A DNA stretch of 64,000 bases from Octopus sinensis. Taxonomy: Eukaryota. The notes beneath the pieces are model-generated. The model was not told where the DNA came from, made no database searches, and was given only the letters and a program-made list of their open reading frames with translations. A program made the translations under genes and the position numbers. This document shows, piece after piece, positions 63,049-64,000 of the stretch; position 1 is the first letter of the stretch, and every line of letters starts with the position of its first letter. The DNA lies in the NCBI RefSeq assembly GCF_006345805.1, contig NC_043000.1, positions 52,390,001 through 52,454,000 on the forward strand, read 5' to 3'.

Positions 63049-64000
63049 CGTGTGTGTGTGAGAGAGAGAGAAAGTATGCGTGTGTGTCTCCTCTCCACCG
63101 CCTCACAATCGCTGCTTCTTTGTTTACGTCTTCTGTAACTTAGCGGTTCGGCAATAGAAATATTTGAGATTTAAAATATGCTTGGGGTCTTTGAAAATGG
63201 TTTGTAAGCAATTGCCAAATATCTTCCAATTCTTTTTATTTTTCAAACAAAAGTATCTTTGATTGTGTGCCAAATACATCTTCCTTATTAAAACTTATCA
63301 AATGTATTGGTAAAAGTCTGAAACTAGTTTATGAACATCTTTTGTAACTGGTTCTCTTCCTGCATTTTGTTGACCAGCTGTTTTTGTCATAGTGTTTTGA
63401 TCTTTTCTTTAATTTTAGATGACCATCTCAAGCACTTAATATCCACTTTTGTTGCTGCTATAAGAAAGTCTAAGATCTAATTAATAACATTTCTAATTCC
63501 TGTAGGTTGTAAACACGGAAAGGTATCATTTATTATCTAAAGATTTTCGAAAATATCTTTTTAAATATTACTCAAAATTATTTTCTTTTGATACTTCCAA
63601 ATATCAGGCGGTGCAAAAATGACTTTGAGTTAGCTTCTTATATTTTCTTATGATCATGCAAATTATTTCACATATCTCATTTTTCAACAAACACTGGTGA
63701 ATCTACTTTACCAATGTGGTTGTTTCTTATCCTTATTATTTATCTCATGTTTAACTGACTGCATATTCTGTATGCATACAATCCATTATATTTGACATTT
63801 CTTTGTTATACGACATCATATATGCTCGAAAAGCATTTTGAAACTGTTATTTGTATTCAAAGAAATGCCTAGGAGATAAGCTTCGATGGCATTATTATAT
63901 CTGATGAAACATGTTCCTTTTATGTGCCATTGAAAGTTAAAAGTAATATTTTCGAGTGTTATGTTGAATGCATTACACGTTGAAGTAACATGCATATGCT

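Overview
AT-rich eukaryotic DNA dense in microsatellites and transposon relics. No complete host gene is recognisable; the best candidate is one 45-nt exon-like segment at 57742-57786. The repeat families and TTAGGG tract suggest an octopod cephalopod, but this is inference from recalled repeat families, not a search. Contents: (i) at least three tRNA-derived SINE families; (ii) mariner, rosa/maT-like and Tc1 relics and MITEs, including a complete-ended Tc1 whose transposase has a GT-AG intron; (iii) two decayed restriction-like-endonuclease (RLE) non-LTR retrotransposons; (iv) many Penelope-like element (PLE) fragments, mostly fold-back inverted repeats. About a dozen type I hammerhead ribozyme (HHR) motifs were found by eye, and they show three versions of the core 3:8 pair (C:G, U:A, G:C). 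The most notable locus is 51393-53560. It reads as a ~351-bp-unit hammerhead retrozyme-like element interrupted, just 5' of the ribozyme, by a 1689-bp element with a 16-bp target-site duplication that encodes only an L1/Tx1-type ORF1 (RRM-like plus CCHC) and no reverse transcriptase. Second is a ~200-bp repeat family carrying a G3:C8 variant hammerhead (39775, 45577, 45650). All alignments, folds and mismatch counts were done by eye. No ribozyme activity, copy number or novelty has been verified.
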